NCBI RefSeq assembly: GCF_032062105.1
Contig: NW_026929545.1
Coordinates: 310,001-374,000 of the forward strand
Direction: 5' to 3'
Length of the DNA: 64,000 bases
Source of the DNA: Saccostrea cucullata
Taxonomy: Eukaryota
Below are positions 1-12,040 of this stretch, one piece after another (position 1 is the first letter of the stretch; each line of letters opens with the position of its first letter). The position numbers and the translations under genes were made by a program. The notes under the pieces were generated by a model. It searched no databases. It was given only the letters and a program-made list of their open reading frames with translations, and had not been told where the DNA came from.

Positions 1-397
1 TATTTTAACTGAGTAAATTGATGACCTAGCACTCTAGGGCTTGAGTAAAAATTTGCATCTCCCCACCGGCAAATATTGGCGTCTCCATATGAAAATTTCT
101 CCAGAGGGACATTAAACAATATACAACAAAAATAAACAAAGCGCTGGAGCGTTGTAACTTACGCATTGTTGCAATTTTGCAAACGTGTTTAGAACACGCA
201 GTCGCGCAAACAGGCAACACACCTTCGTGCTAACAAAACTTTACACAACATTTTGTTGCGCTTAAACTCTGCAAACTCGCGGTTCAGCAACTTTACATAA
301 AAGCCGTCGCACTTATACACAATACACCGTCGCGTTAACACATCTTTACAGTTTACACAATGTATTGTGTCAAGTTTTATTAGTGTGACGGTGTAGT

Positions 398-1437
398 GGG
401 TGCGTTCAGAGTACTGCCGTTGGCTAACAAAAGTTACCGATGGTAGAATTTCTCACCATTGGTAAGCCAATGGTACCAAAGTTTGCACAAAAAATTTACC
501 ATAGGTAGATTTTTCTGCAGACAAACTAGAGCTCTGTTAGCGATGGTAACTTTTTTAATGACGTCAAACAAAATGGCGGGTACTGATCAAGTTGGTCCTA
601 CTAAACAGAGAACCCGAGAGATCTCTAGGTTTACGGGGCGGTATTCGGTAAATTTTCATAAATTTTATGCTTATTTTAGTTCATTTTTACTCTATAAATC
701 GTTTTCTATCTATAAAATTAATATTAACAAGATTATTCTATGAAAGTTATCCCTCGGGGAAAAAGTTGAAAAAGTAACAAATCATGTAATGTTTTTACCA
801 CACCTAATCACTAATATACATAAACTCTGTGTATATAGGTGTGAAACGTCTTTTTTAAATGTGGTTTTTCTTGACTGAAAGTTTCAGAATATTTATTTTA
901 ATAACTTTTAAGTGTATTTAATGTAAAATCAAAATTTTATTAATTTAATTATTTTACATTTGAGTCGATTTGACAATCAGGAAGACGAGTTGGAGAAAAA
1001 TTCTGTTGCGGAGAAGTACTTTACTAAAAAGTATTTTTGAAAGCATTTTTTTTTTTGCTGCAAAATGATGCATGAAGCAAGAATAAAACTCTTGGTTTTT
1101 CTTCTAAGAAATCTGTCAATGTTAACAATGGTATACACCAATGTCACAAAAGGTACACCAATGTAATCCGAGATTCCTCTGACTCTAACCCCTGCTTTTA
1201 TATTGTGACTTGTGCAGGGGAGACCCCGCACAAGTCAAAATATAAAAGCGGGGGTTAGAGTCGGAGGAATCTCGGATTAACACCAATGGTGCCATTGTTA
1301 ACATTGGTGATCGAGTTTCCTACCAACTCTACCCAAAACTCGTTCAGAGTACATATGGGTCCAATGGTACCAACGGTACAAATTGTTACCATTGGCAAAG
1401 AGGTGATGGTACCACTGGAAATACTCTGAACGCACCC
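398..1437. mobile_element. Non-autonomous TIR element (PIF/Harbinger-like), ~1.04 kb
   Basis: Perfect 16-bp TIR gggtgcgttcagagta (398-413) / tactctgaacgcaccc (1422-1437); subterminal ccattggta-type motifs; no transposase ORF. Confidence 0.75.
1164..1279. mobile_element. Small foldback MITE with 9-bp TSD (Mutator-like), nested in the 398-1437 element
   Basis: Arms taatccgagattcctctgactctaacccc... / ...gggggttagagtcggaggaatctcggatta; direct repeat acaccaatg at 1155-1163 and 1280-1288. Confidence 0.8.
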
Positions 1438-1469
1438 ATTGTGTATGCGTTGTTTCTTATGCTCTGTTA

Positions 1470-2395
1470 AGGCCGGTATACACGGTAAGATTTGTATTAT
1501 AAGATTTGTATTATAATACAAAATCTTCCTGTGTATACACTCTTAATACAGTGTATCATAAGATTTTTCGAATCTTATAAAACTGTATTAAGAATAGAGC
1601 AATGCTCTATTTTCTAATACAAGTCTTAGCTTACCTATCACTTTCAACCAATGAAATGTTATGACACTAGGGGTCATCCTATTTTTATCATTACTGAAAA
1701 AAGCACATGGTAAATAATATTGATGGACTTTACAAGTAAAGACATCGAAAAAACTCGTGACTTAATGGGAAGGGGAAAAGGACTTGTGGAATATATAAAG
1801 CAGTGTATTTAAACAATAAAATGCTTTCTTTGTTTGTTATTACTGGAATGAACGGAAGCAGCTGTTGCTGAAAAAATATATAACCCGCGTAAGCGGGTTA
1901 TGTAATTTTTTTCTGCAATAGCTGCGACCGTTCATTCCAGTAATAACAAACAAAGAAAGACATTTTATTGTTTATATTTATATCTGTTTAAATAATCAAT
2001 TAAAGTAGGATTAAAAAGATTAATTATTGTATTAATGATGCGAACGTCTTTATACGTTTCATTGATGGAACAGCCACTGATTAAGAAATCTGTACATGCG
2101 ACATGCCTACTGTAGTTTATGCAGTGATGAACGCAATGGGATTTCTTAAGAAATAAAGGAGAAAATATTCAGTGGATGTAAATATAGTACGATGATAGAC
2201 ACTGCTATCAGAGCCTCATCCTTCATTTTTATTACTTTGATAGAGAGAGAAATATGACGGGGAAAACACGTTGGAATACGTAGTTTATTTACAATCTTAT
2301 AAGATAGGTATTAGCGTGAGTACAGGAAAGTATTATAATACAAAAGTATTATAATACTTGCATTATACTACAAATCTCATCGTGTATACCGGCCT
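1470..2395. mobile_element. PIF/Harbinger-like MITE
   Basis: TIR aggccggtatacacg / cgtgtataccggcct; TTA on both flanks (1467-1469, 2396-2398). Confidence 0.8.
1810..1974. repeat. ~165-bp near-perfect palindrome (foldback element) nested in the 1470-2395 element
   Basis: taaacaataaaatg...ggaatgaacgg pairs with ccgttcattcc...cattttattgttta around a central taacccgc-gtaa-gcgggtta. Confidence 0.8.
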
Positions 2396-3244
2396 TTACA
2401 CTTTGGCAAATGGCCTTATCGGGACATCATACTTTGGGGTAGCTGAGACATCCTTGCATTCAATGTCTTCTGAACAAATGCAAAATGCTGCTGCTGATAA
2501 TGATGATAAAAATAATAATTATATTTTAAAAAACCCAAAGTAAAACGATACATCATAGGACTATCGGTGATTTGGGATACTTATAAGTACATGTGCGTAA
2601 ATATGTTTGCATTCATGCACTGCACCTTACTATTTTGACAAATTGTTGAAACACCTGTTATTTACTAATTATTTACTAAAAGAAACTAGAAGAACAGTAG
2701 TCGATGGTGGGGGCTAAATCAAATGTTACTGTTTTGCAGCTTTTGATTGTTTGCTTGTTGTTGAACGTCTCCTATAGAATTTTTCATTCATTTTGAGATA
2801 CCAACACTTGCCGGTGGCAAGCAACAAAATTACACCTTCACTCAGTTCTTAAGGACTTTGAGCCATAACACGGAAAATCGGTTTATACGGTCTCATCGAA
2901 CCGGTCTCCACGCACCGAAATGGGATTTCTAAAGCGACGTAAGGATTCTCACTTAGCGACTTTAGAGCAAACGCTCTAAACCAAGCGCTATAAGCGGACA
3001 ATCTTGACAACTTTCAAAACATCTGCAAAAGACACATTATTCACGTTTGCTAGAATAAGCATGTGTCACGTCTAAGAAGATTGTAACATGACGGAAATAG
3101 TGAGATATCGTAAACAAATGGAGATAGAACGAGAAATGGATAAGATAGATGTCATATATCTGTATTTTCAAACACAAAAGTGAGGTAGTAAAGTTCAGTT
3201 TATTGTTTGGGTTTCTTTGTAATTTTGCATTCCATACACTCGGT

Positions 3245-4307
3245 ATGATGATTTCATTTATTGTAGTGCTCATTTTGGGATCAGGTAAGGAAACATTCAA
3301 ATTTACTATTTGCTGATATTTTACGCAATTATGAGTAAATAAATTTTAAAGAAATAGATATTTTCTGTCTTTTAGCATTGGCTGATGAACCTGAGATCAC
3401 TAATCAACGCCAAATATCCAGCAAACCTGGATTCCATAACGAAAAGAATGCAACCTCAACCAAAGATAATAATGCGTCGCATCCCCCATTAAACTTGAAC
3501 AAAGATCCACTATCTACAAAATACCATTTTTTCCGGCCTCACATGAAAGGAGATATAATAAATCAATGGAGCCAGGATCCAATTACCTTTCGTCCACACA
3601 AAAAAGAAGAGAAATTGAATCATCTGAGCCGGGAACCAAATGTCTTTCATGCTCCTCTAGCTACAATGCTGGGTCACTTAATGAAGACGGGAAAGTTTGA
3701 TGTTATCGCCAATTTTGTTCGACTGGAACTAGTTCGAAAAGGGGAAAAGGGACGACACCATCAACGCCCTTTTATGCCACCACCGGATCAATTATTGTAT
3801 AATTACTACCCAAATCCATTGCAGGTATCTTTCCAACCCAAAAAATTAACTAACGAACCAATTAGAGAGCCTCAAGGTGCATTCGTCAAGCCATTACCTC
3901 AGTTCTCTGGTGCTCGTTCTGTACCCAGAGTTGAGGTTGCCCAGTTAATGTCCAAAGTATCTGCACCAGAAGGGACGTACGGTTTCATTATTCCAGAAAT
4001 TTCAGGGCAAAGAATTCCAAGCGAACAATGGTTGTGGTCACCAGTCTCCGCAGAGTCTGTAGGTCAACCACAGCTTATGACAAATTCTGCCTCAGCAGGA
4101 AGCAGCAATATCAGCAGGCGTCCTGTGCAGGTTCCATTTGAAACGATGTATCAGCAATACCAAAAAATGCAAGATGATTCAAAGATTACTGAAAAATCTT
4201 ATTCGCAACTTTCCAAAATTTACGAAATCTTGAACGCTTTGAAAACTATTAAGTCAGAAACTGGTGCTAAAGAGTTGCAAAACCGAAGCATATTGATGCC
4301 ACTTTAA
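3245..4307 (+). CDS. Cluster gene 1: secreted Pro/Gln/Ser-rich protein of unknown function, ~323 aa; exons 3245-3284, 3376-4307
   Basis: MMISFIVVLILGS|gtaagg...ttttag joins in frame to the 309-aa ORF, giving the signal peptide ...LGSALA-DEPE; C-terminal helix-like segment YSQLSKIYEILNALKTIKS. Confidence 0.8.
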
Positions 4308-4489
4308 AAGCCAAATCCAACAGAGGAGGCTTTATGTACAATTTTTGAACTAAATTAGTCATAAAATTTTACTTTTTTGTTTGATCAAAATAACAGTTTT
4401 AATAGTAAAATATCATTCAAACATCTTTTTATTTAGTTTATTTTATCAAGAATTACAGTTGAAATTCTCATTTAAATCTGTGTTTAAGT

Positions 4490-5131
4490 TTACTTTCTCC
4501 CGAAAGTGCTTGGGTCAAAATTTCCAGCAGTCTGTGAGTTTGGATCAAAGTTTCCAGCAGCCATTGAATTTGGATTAAAGCTACCAGTTCCACCGGAACT
4601 TGGTTGGAAATTTCCGGTTCCACCAGCACTAGGTTGGAAACTTCCGGTTCCCCCCGCACTTGGTTGAAAGCTACCGACTTGTCCCCCACTGCTTACTCCA
4701 GTCTGGGTGTTAGACATGCCTCCAGGGTTAAAACTTCCAGCACTCATAGAGTTGGGGTTAAATGCAGATCCTCCATAACTGTGGGAATTTGGGTCATAAT
4801 TTCCAGCGGCCATGTGATTTGGGTCAAATCCTGGAGCGCCGGAAGGAGAGAAAAGTTGTCGCTTAACTGGGCCTATAATTGAAAAATAGTCATTTTCTCA
4901 CAATGCTTTTATTTTTTAGAACAGAAATTCATATTAAAAAAAAAACAAAAAAAAACCACCCAGCTTTTTATATACATTTGCATAGTAAAATCAATTATAA
5001 ATTAACACTTACAAAATTTATTTTGTTCAATTCATAATTGATTATAAAATCCTTTTCTAAATCATTATTAGATATGTACACTTACTTGAAAAGCACAGTG
5101 GAATTAAAACGAGAATAATTGCACCCTTCAT
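4490..5131 (-). CDS. Cluster gene 2: 142-aa secreted precursor with decapeptide F[DNQ]P repeats; exons 5131-5086, 4872-4490
   Basis: MKGAIILVLIPLCFS-SPVKR-QLFSPSGAPGFDPNHMAAGNYDPN...AGNFDPSTF-GRK*; GT-AG phase-1 intron in frame with ORF 4490..4813. Confidence 0.85.
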
Positions 5132-5680
5132 ACTTTATTGGCGTTTTCTACTGTAGGAATAACTGTCTGACAAAATAACGCAAGGTTGGCGCTGTTATTA
5201 CCTATTTTCCTACGTTCCATAAATTACCATAAAATTGATAAGATAAGAAGACTAAACATATAAATATAGATGTGTAAATAATTTTGGGAAAGTTGAAATT
5301 CATATGTTTGACCACCTTAAAGAATATTTGTGATTATTTTCCCAAGAATTGTAATAAATGCTCATTTCAAGTTACACAATTATATGAATAAATACTCCAG
5401 CTGTTTCTCAAAACATTGAAATAAAATCTAGATAATTTAAATAAGTTCAAGAATTCATGTCATAAATTAAAAAAAAAAAAGAGAACATACTTTCAGAAAT
5501 GTTGAAATATTCTATCAAGGAATATCTGCAATAGCAGCTAGTGTTAGATATCCCATACTGCAATCCATATTTTCTTTGATATGATAGAAAAATCTCCAAG
5601 TGAATGAATTGCTAACTGTTGACTTAAAGTTACATGTACAAAACGAATCAAAACCATATTTGTTTTCAGATAATAACCTA

Positions 5681-5831
5681 TACAGTAAAACTCGTTTAGT
5701 ACGAACACAGATATTGAGAATTCACGGATGTAGCGAGGTTATCTTGGATCCCCAAGTATATGAATTTAATGAATTCCTTATATGGATATAACGAATTACG
5801 GAGGACTTCGTTATAACCGAGATTTACCGTA
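5681..5831. mobile_element. Tc1/mariner (Tigger-like) MITE remnant
   Basis: ta-cagtaaaactcgttta ... tataaccgagatttaccg-ta, imperfect TIRs. Confidence 0.55.
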
Positions 5832-5899
5832 TTATAAACCGATTTTATAAACTGCAAGAAAATTTATGAGATACAGTTGCAAAACACAAACGATTTTAG

Positions 5900-6631
5900 A
5901 GCTGCAGAACTGTAGCCCTCCGAAAAAAGATTTTGACAGGCCGGAGAGCTACAGTGCCACCCATTGTAAAAACTGTATATTTATTGCGCACAAAAAGTTG
6001 CGCTCAGTTCTTGATTATTCCTTCCAAATTCTTACGTCAATCGCGAAAAATATAGATTTAAAAAAAATCCTTACTCCTCTATGAAGTTATCTCGTGTTGA
6101 CTTCTGCACGAACTGCGTTGGACCGAATTATCTTGCAAACCAATGTCGCAGTATACTGTAAAAGTACTTTTTTCCGCGTGGTATTAATTTACGCTATGTA
6201 CGCGGTCACAAATTTTCCGCGGAAATTTGTCCAAGCATACTTAATATAAATGTAAGGCATATAGTGACAATCTAGAAAATCCGCGTAATTTTCTACCCGC
6301 GGATTAAACAGAAATTGAGATTCCGCGGAATTATGAACCCGTGGAAAAAAGTACGTCTACAGTAAATAGAAGAAATTTTCGATGATCTCAATTTCAGGGC
6401 CAGGAGGGCTATTAACAACAATTATAAGGAATGTTTTGTTGTGGAAACAGTGAAAGAATATGTTAGGAACACAAGTAATATTTTGATAGACAGTTTAAAA
6501 GCATGGAGAAATAATCGAGAAACAGCGCACTTTTTTGTGCGCAATAAATATACAGTTTTTTTTTTTCAATGGGTGGCACTGTTGCTCTCCGATCTGTCAA
6601 ATATTTTTAGGAGAGCTACAGTTCTGCAGCT
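5900..6631. mobile_element. MITE family A, copy 1 (TIR agctgcagaactgtagc)
   Basis: agctgcagaactgtagc / gctacagttctgcagct; related copies at 10318 and 47745. Confidence 0.8.
6154..6364. mobile_element. TA-flanked MITE nested in family A copy 1
   Basis: ta-ctgtaaaagtacttttttccgcg / cgtggaaaaaagtacgtctacag-ta. Confidence 0.7.
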
Positions 6632-7351
6632 AACGGTTACATATATCATTTAAATATATCAGAATGCTGAATATATGAATGTACAATGGGAAAAAAGATA
6701 TTCATTTTCAGAAGCACTTAGTGAAGTATCCCCCACATTAAAGTATGATTGTCAACAATATGAACCATGCGTTTTTATCGTGTATGTCAAGGTCACACAT
6801 CTTTAATTGAGTTGGAGCATGCATATTAGACTCTTTTGAGAAGTTTGCATCAAACATTGTCAAAATTCTTGGTCTACCGACATTCATTTTTCTGGTACTT
6901 TAGATATGTTAATTTCAACTTTTCTGCACAAGCTTATAATATGGAAAAAGAATTGAAACAATATTTTTGTCATGTGCCAGACAATTTTTTTTCTCCATGA
7001 AGGCAGATTTTTTGTAGGTTCCATAACTTGTTATTTTCTGAAAGCTAATTTTTTTTTTCAAGAAGAGAATAAAATTGTATGGGTATTGTTTGTCAATTTT
7101 CCCGTAAGTGCGTCATGTGTCATTTTAAGTATAAAGAAAACAGTGATCTGCCTTATAGGGCCTACAGAAAAAAGTACTCAACAGTCCTTTTTAGTGTATT
7201 TTGACTAAAATACACTAAAATTATTTAAAATTGACCCTTTCACAGGTGGTGTTAACGTTTTTTGATAAATTATTGATAACACATATGATAAAGGTCAAAG
7301 TGGTTAATTTTCAAATTTTGTCAAAATAAAATTTTATTGACTTGTAATTAA

Positions 7352-7713
7352 AGCTGAACACGATTTGTAAAAGGAATGTATCCGCCATATTCGATTGTTC
7401 ACGCGCTTTATCTTAGGACCTTTATATATAGCCGCTTATAACGGCGTACTTCTTCTATAAAGCGGGAAAGAAAGATACCAAAGAAACTTGCATCTTACGC
7501 ATAGGTCAATGTAGTATACAAAATAAATACACATAACTGCAATAAGTATTAACAAAGGTAATGCAAGATTACCAGCACGTGTCGCCATTCCACGCCGATA
7601 TTCGTGAAAATAAGCAGTCAGGTGTGACGAAAGCTAAAGATATACCCCAGTGCTGATATCGTAGAAAGTATTATCGAAAATGGCGTATGCCTATTTACGA
7701 GTCGTGTTCAGCT
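7352..7713. mobile_element. TTAA-flanked MITE (Kolobok-like)
   Basis: ttaa-agctgaacacga ... tcgtgttcagct-ttaa. Confidence 0.75.
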
Positions 7714-7779
7714 TTAACCCAATGGTACAATTATCTCCCAATACAGGTGAAAACAATTATCCTCTGAATATGTTGTAAA

Positions 7780-8140
7780 GTAACCTATATCAAAAAGTGA
7801 ATATTGTTACCTATGTCGAATAATGCACATATTTTCCTATATCGAATTGTGCATAATGTTACATATGCCGAATAGTGCACAAAGTTTCCTATATCGAAAA
7901 GTGCTTATTGTTATCTATGTCGAATAGTACAAATATAGTAACATTTCGAAAAGTACACATTGTTTCTAGGTTGAATAGTGCACATAGTTTCCTATGTGGA
8001 ATATTGCACATAATTTTCTATATCGAAAAGTGCACATTGTTATCTATGTATAAAAGTACACGTAATTTCCTATGTCTATAAGTGCACATTGTTACCTATG
8101 TCGAATGGTGCACATAGTTTCCTATGTCGAATAGTGCAGA
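7780..8140. repeat. Degenerate minisatellite, ~26-28-bp unit
   Basis: About a dozen diverged copies of tgcacatagtttcctatgtcgaatag. Confidence 0.75.
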
Positions 8141-8560
8141 AACAATGACAGAGCTTAATCTATGACGGTGTTATCTTTAACAATGGACAAGCAGTCTATA
8201 TACAATAATGTATATAGAACTATTCCACGGAGTTAATCGCTTGTAATTTCTGGGAAAATTTAACTTTACATTTTTAATTATATTAAAGGTGTAAACTTTC
8301 ATATTGAAAACTGATTTTATGTGTTTGTATTTTACACACCTTCTTTCAAGACGTTTGACTTGAAAAACTACAATAGAATAGGAAGTTTTGGAGCTGTTTA
8401 CATGTAGATGTGTAGAATTCTTTTTAAATACTTGTAGGTGATCACACCGCTTTCCAAAAAGTATTTTTTATGTGATTTGTTTATTGTCGTTGTTGATTTT
8501 TAAAACTATTTCGCAAAAGTAGGATTATTTACAAGTAAATTATATAAGACTCCATATGAT

Positions 8561-9873
8561 TTATTTCTTTCCAAATGCATTAGGATCAAAATTTCCAGAT
8601 CCTGAACCAAAACCATTAAGTGCGTTGGGGTCAAATGTTGGAGTCTGGAATCCGTTGGGGTCAAATGTGCCCATACCAGAATCTGGCGTACTGAAACCTC
8701 CACCTGCAATGAACAATCACAAAATAAAATTCTTCTATCCTTGCACCATATATAGAAGCAAAAAATTGCTACACTTCAGTAATAGAAACATTATTGTATA
8801 TTTACCAAACCCACTTCCACCAAAACCATGGTTGAGGGCATTTGGATCAAATGCAGCATGAGTTGACGCCATGTTCATTCCGAACCCCCCGCTGCCAAAA
8901 TTTTGGTTTACTGCATTGGGGTCAAAAGGTGCTATAAAACAAAAATCTGATAGATTACCAGACTCACCTGAGACAACGTCCTCTGATATGTATACGTTTT
9001 ATATGAAATTCGCCATTTTTTAGCTACAAATTAAGCTCTCGTCCTTCTCTTAAGGGACATGATTTGAACAAATCGGTTTCTACACTTCAAGACGTTTTGC
9101 TATCGATTACTGCCTCGTTCTTCCTAAATTTATTTTTTTACATTCATTCTTTCTATATATTCCAATGTAAAACCATTACCCTTTTATGACCCCATCCCGG
9201 CCTATCGCCTTGAATATGAACCTACACTCAGTAAAAGAAGAGATGTTCCTTAGTTAATATATTTAATTTTCCATCATCCATAGATGAATGGTGCAAAGTT
9301 TTGTGAAATTGGCAATGTGATTCTTGAGAAGACAATAAAAACGTGAAAAGTGAATATACGTGTACGTAAATGAATACAGATAAACGCTGGAAAATTGACA
9401 CCAAACAACTTCGTTTTAGCCTTCGGCGAAATCAATTACTTAAAAATATGGGGAAAATTCTTTTGATTGCATTACCGTTTTGTGCCAAATCTCAAAATAA
9501 GAATAGAGGATTGACACTGCATAGAGGATATTTTAAATACTGTACATAGATATTTTTTGGTTGAAATTCAACTTCCGATATTTCTATCCCAGAATAAAAG
9601 TCTATTAAATATACTGTTGTTGAAATGTAATAATGATATAAAAATAAGAGGGAAATAAATCAAATTACAAATTAATCAGATGTATACAATAATCAAAACT
9701 TAATTGAAATGTATAATATATTCTTTTCCAAGAATGACAAAAAAATTAGACTTTTATATATATTGCTGATAAAAAAAAAGCCATTGTTTCAAAAAAAAGT
9801 TTTGAAATACTGAATGATTACCCCCAAGACACAAAGAGATCAGGCCTAACAGAGCCAGGAATATTCCAGCCAT
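8561..9873 (-). CDS. Cluster gene 3: 106-aa secreted FDPN/Gly-rich precursor; exons 9873-9822, 8931-8806, 8703-8561
   Basis: MAGIFLALLGLISLCLG-APFDPNAVNQNFGSGGFG...FDPNALNHGFGG...FDPNGFQTPTFDPNALNGFGSGSGNFDPNAF-GKK*; both introns GT-AG, phase 1; reading frame absent from the ORF track. Confidence 0.85.
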
Positions 9874-10317
9874 ATCAACAGTCCGAGATTTTAGAGTGGG
9901 TTTCTTATCACACACGTGAAATGTTAAAGACCTCTGAGACTAGTATCAGTAGCGAATAAAATTCTTCATTTGTACTAGTGTGTTTTATGGTTTTTTGTTT
10001 TCTGTAATTACTCTCTGTTTTCCTGAGCAGTAAATTGAATTCACGTAAAAGCTTATATATTTCGATAGTTTGATTAAAGGTCTGTATTAAATTATTTAAA
10101 AAATTGATTTAAAATACAAAGCATAATTATACAAAGCCAAGAAAGGCAAATAATCCATTCATTTTTTTTTTTAAAATTCCCATAACATTCCATACATCTT
10201 TCAGGCATAAAACCTCTAGCAAATACATGTGTCCAAAACATTCTCCAAGCAAAACATATCTACTATACTATTGCCAAATGGTTAAACAAGGGGGTAGACG
10301 ATGTTTTAGTTAACTAT

Positions 10318-10764
10318 AGCTGCAGAACTGTAGCTCTCAGAAAAAAAAAATATTGACAGACCGAAGAGCTAAAGTACCACCCATAGAAAAAAGTAAATAC
10401 CCGTATTTATAAAAAGTGCGCCGTTTCTCGATCTTTTTCCTCCGTGTTTTTCAAACTGCCATCTCAAAATATTACTAACCCCATGTTCCTAACATATTCT
10501 TTAACTGTTTTACACAAACATTGTTACCATAAAAACATTTCGTTTCTACTTCCATTTTGGGTGGCAAGATAATTCAGTAAAACGCGCTCGACTCGATGTC
10601 AACTACAAGCGTATTTGAGTTCAGGTAAGATTTCAAGAAATTAATCCAGAACCGAGCGTAACTTTTTGTGCGAAATAAATGTACAGTTTTTGCTATGGGT
10701 TGCACTGTAGCTCTCTGGTCGTCTATGCCAATTTTTCAGACCAGCGAGCTGTAGATCTGTAGCT
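10318..10764. mobile_element. MITE family A, copy 2
   Basis: agctgcagaactgtagctctc / degenerate gagctgtagatctgtagct; internal similarity to 5900-6631. Confidence 0.7.
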
Positions 10765-12040
10765 AGTTTAAATAATGCTTTATAACGCACCAGCTGATGA
10801 ACTACCCCTGGGTATCGATGAAGGACACTTAAATCTTTTTTTAACTCCTATGAAGTAAATCTTGAATGTATACAGTTGACAAGTAAGCTTTCTATCTTTT
10901 ATTAGCAAAAACCTTAAACAGTACACTGACATACACCTTTCAGGCCGTATTATTCTTGAGAATTCCCTGGCTTTGTATTTCTTCATTAACTTTTTACTGC
11001 CATTAACCCTACTAAGTGAAAGGTTAACCTACTGTCTCCGTAAACTTCAACTCTTCGTGCGGCAAACATCGGCTGACTCCGTCACCTTCTTTTAACAAGA
11101 TGAGTTACATGTACATGTACGAATCGGCCGAGGTGTGCCGAGATCAGAATTCGAAACAAAGGAAAAACGAATGAATACAAACTACAAGGCTTGCATCCCA
11201 TAAAGATCAATTATATTTACAATTGAAATATTGAAAAGCTCTTTAGTTATTGTTGTAAAAGAACAGTCATGTTATTTAGAATTCATTACTGCTTATTTCC
11301 ACTGTTTGATTTGCCGCAATTTTTTACAATTGAAAATCTTGAAAAATTGTACGAAAATTATCTCCTTTGCCTTGAACAGCATTCCAACCAATGAAATAAT
11401 TAAAATTTACTCATCATGCAATCACAAAAGAGAGGAAGTGCATAGTCCGAAGACTAAAAAACTTCAAATCTGTATACAGTCTTCTAAGATGGTAATATTG
11501 GACACTTTTTGAATAGTAATCTCATTTGGAAGTGAAATAAATTGAACGTATTGGTACTACCTTATTGTGTGAAACCATGTATTGATATACTCAGTAGTAT
11601 TTTCTGTTTATATATAACTACATATTTTCAATTGGTTTAAATATTTCACTTTGGTTTTGATAAAAATAAATGATTCATTTAAACACAAAAAGTTGAGATA
11701 CGCAAGCCACAAAAAGAGATCATAACCATTCTATGTACAGTTTCTTATGCTCTAATAGTTCGCGAGATTAGTTATCCTTCTTTAATTCATGAAATCTCTT
11801 CAATCTTCCAAACAAATAAACATCTGCTAGTGTACTGTTTTTCAGGTGAATATAAGTCGCACATACTAGACGGTTTGATACCGTAAGCACGCCTAGCTAA
11901 ACTTGGGTAACATTATCATCATTTGGTATCATCAGTAGATAATAATGGCAGTCCCTCTGTTCTCGAAATGATGTTCACCAACGGCCATTTCTTCTTCTTA
12001 TAAACACATTCAGTTCTTTTTGTAGAGATTAATTAAGGCT

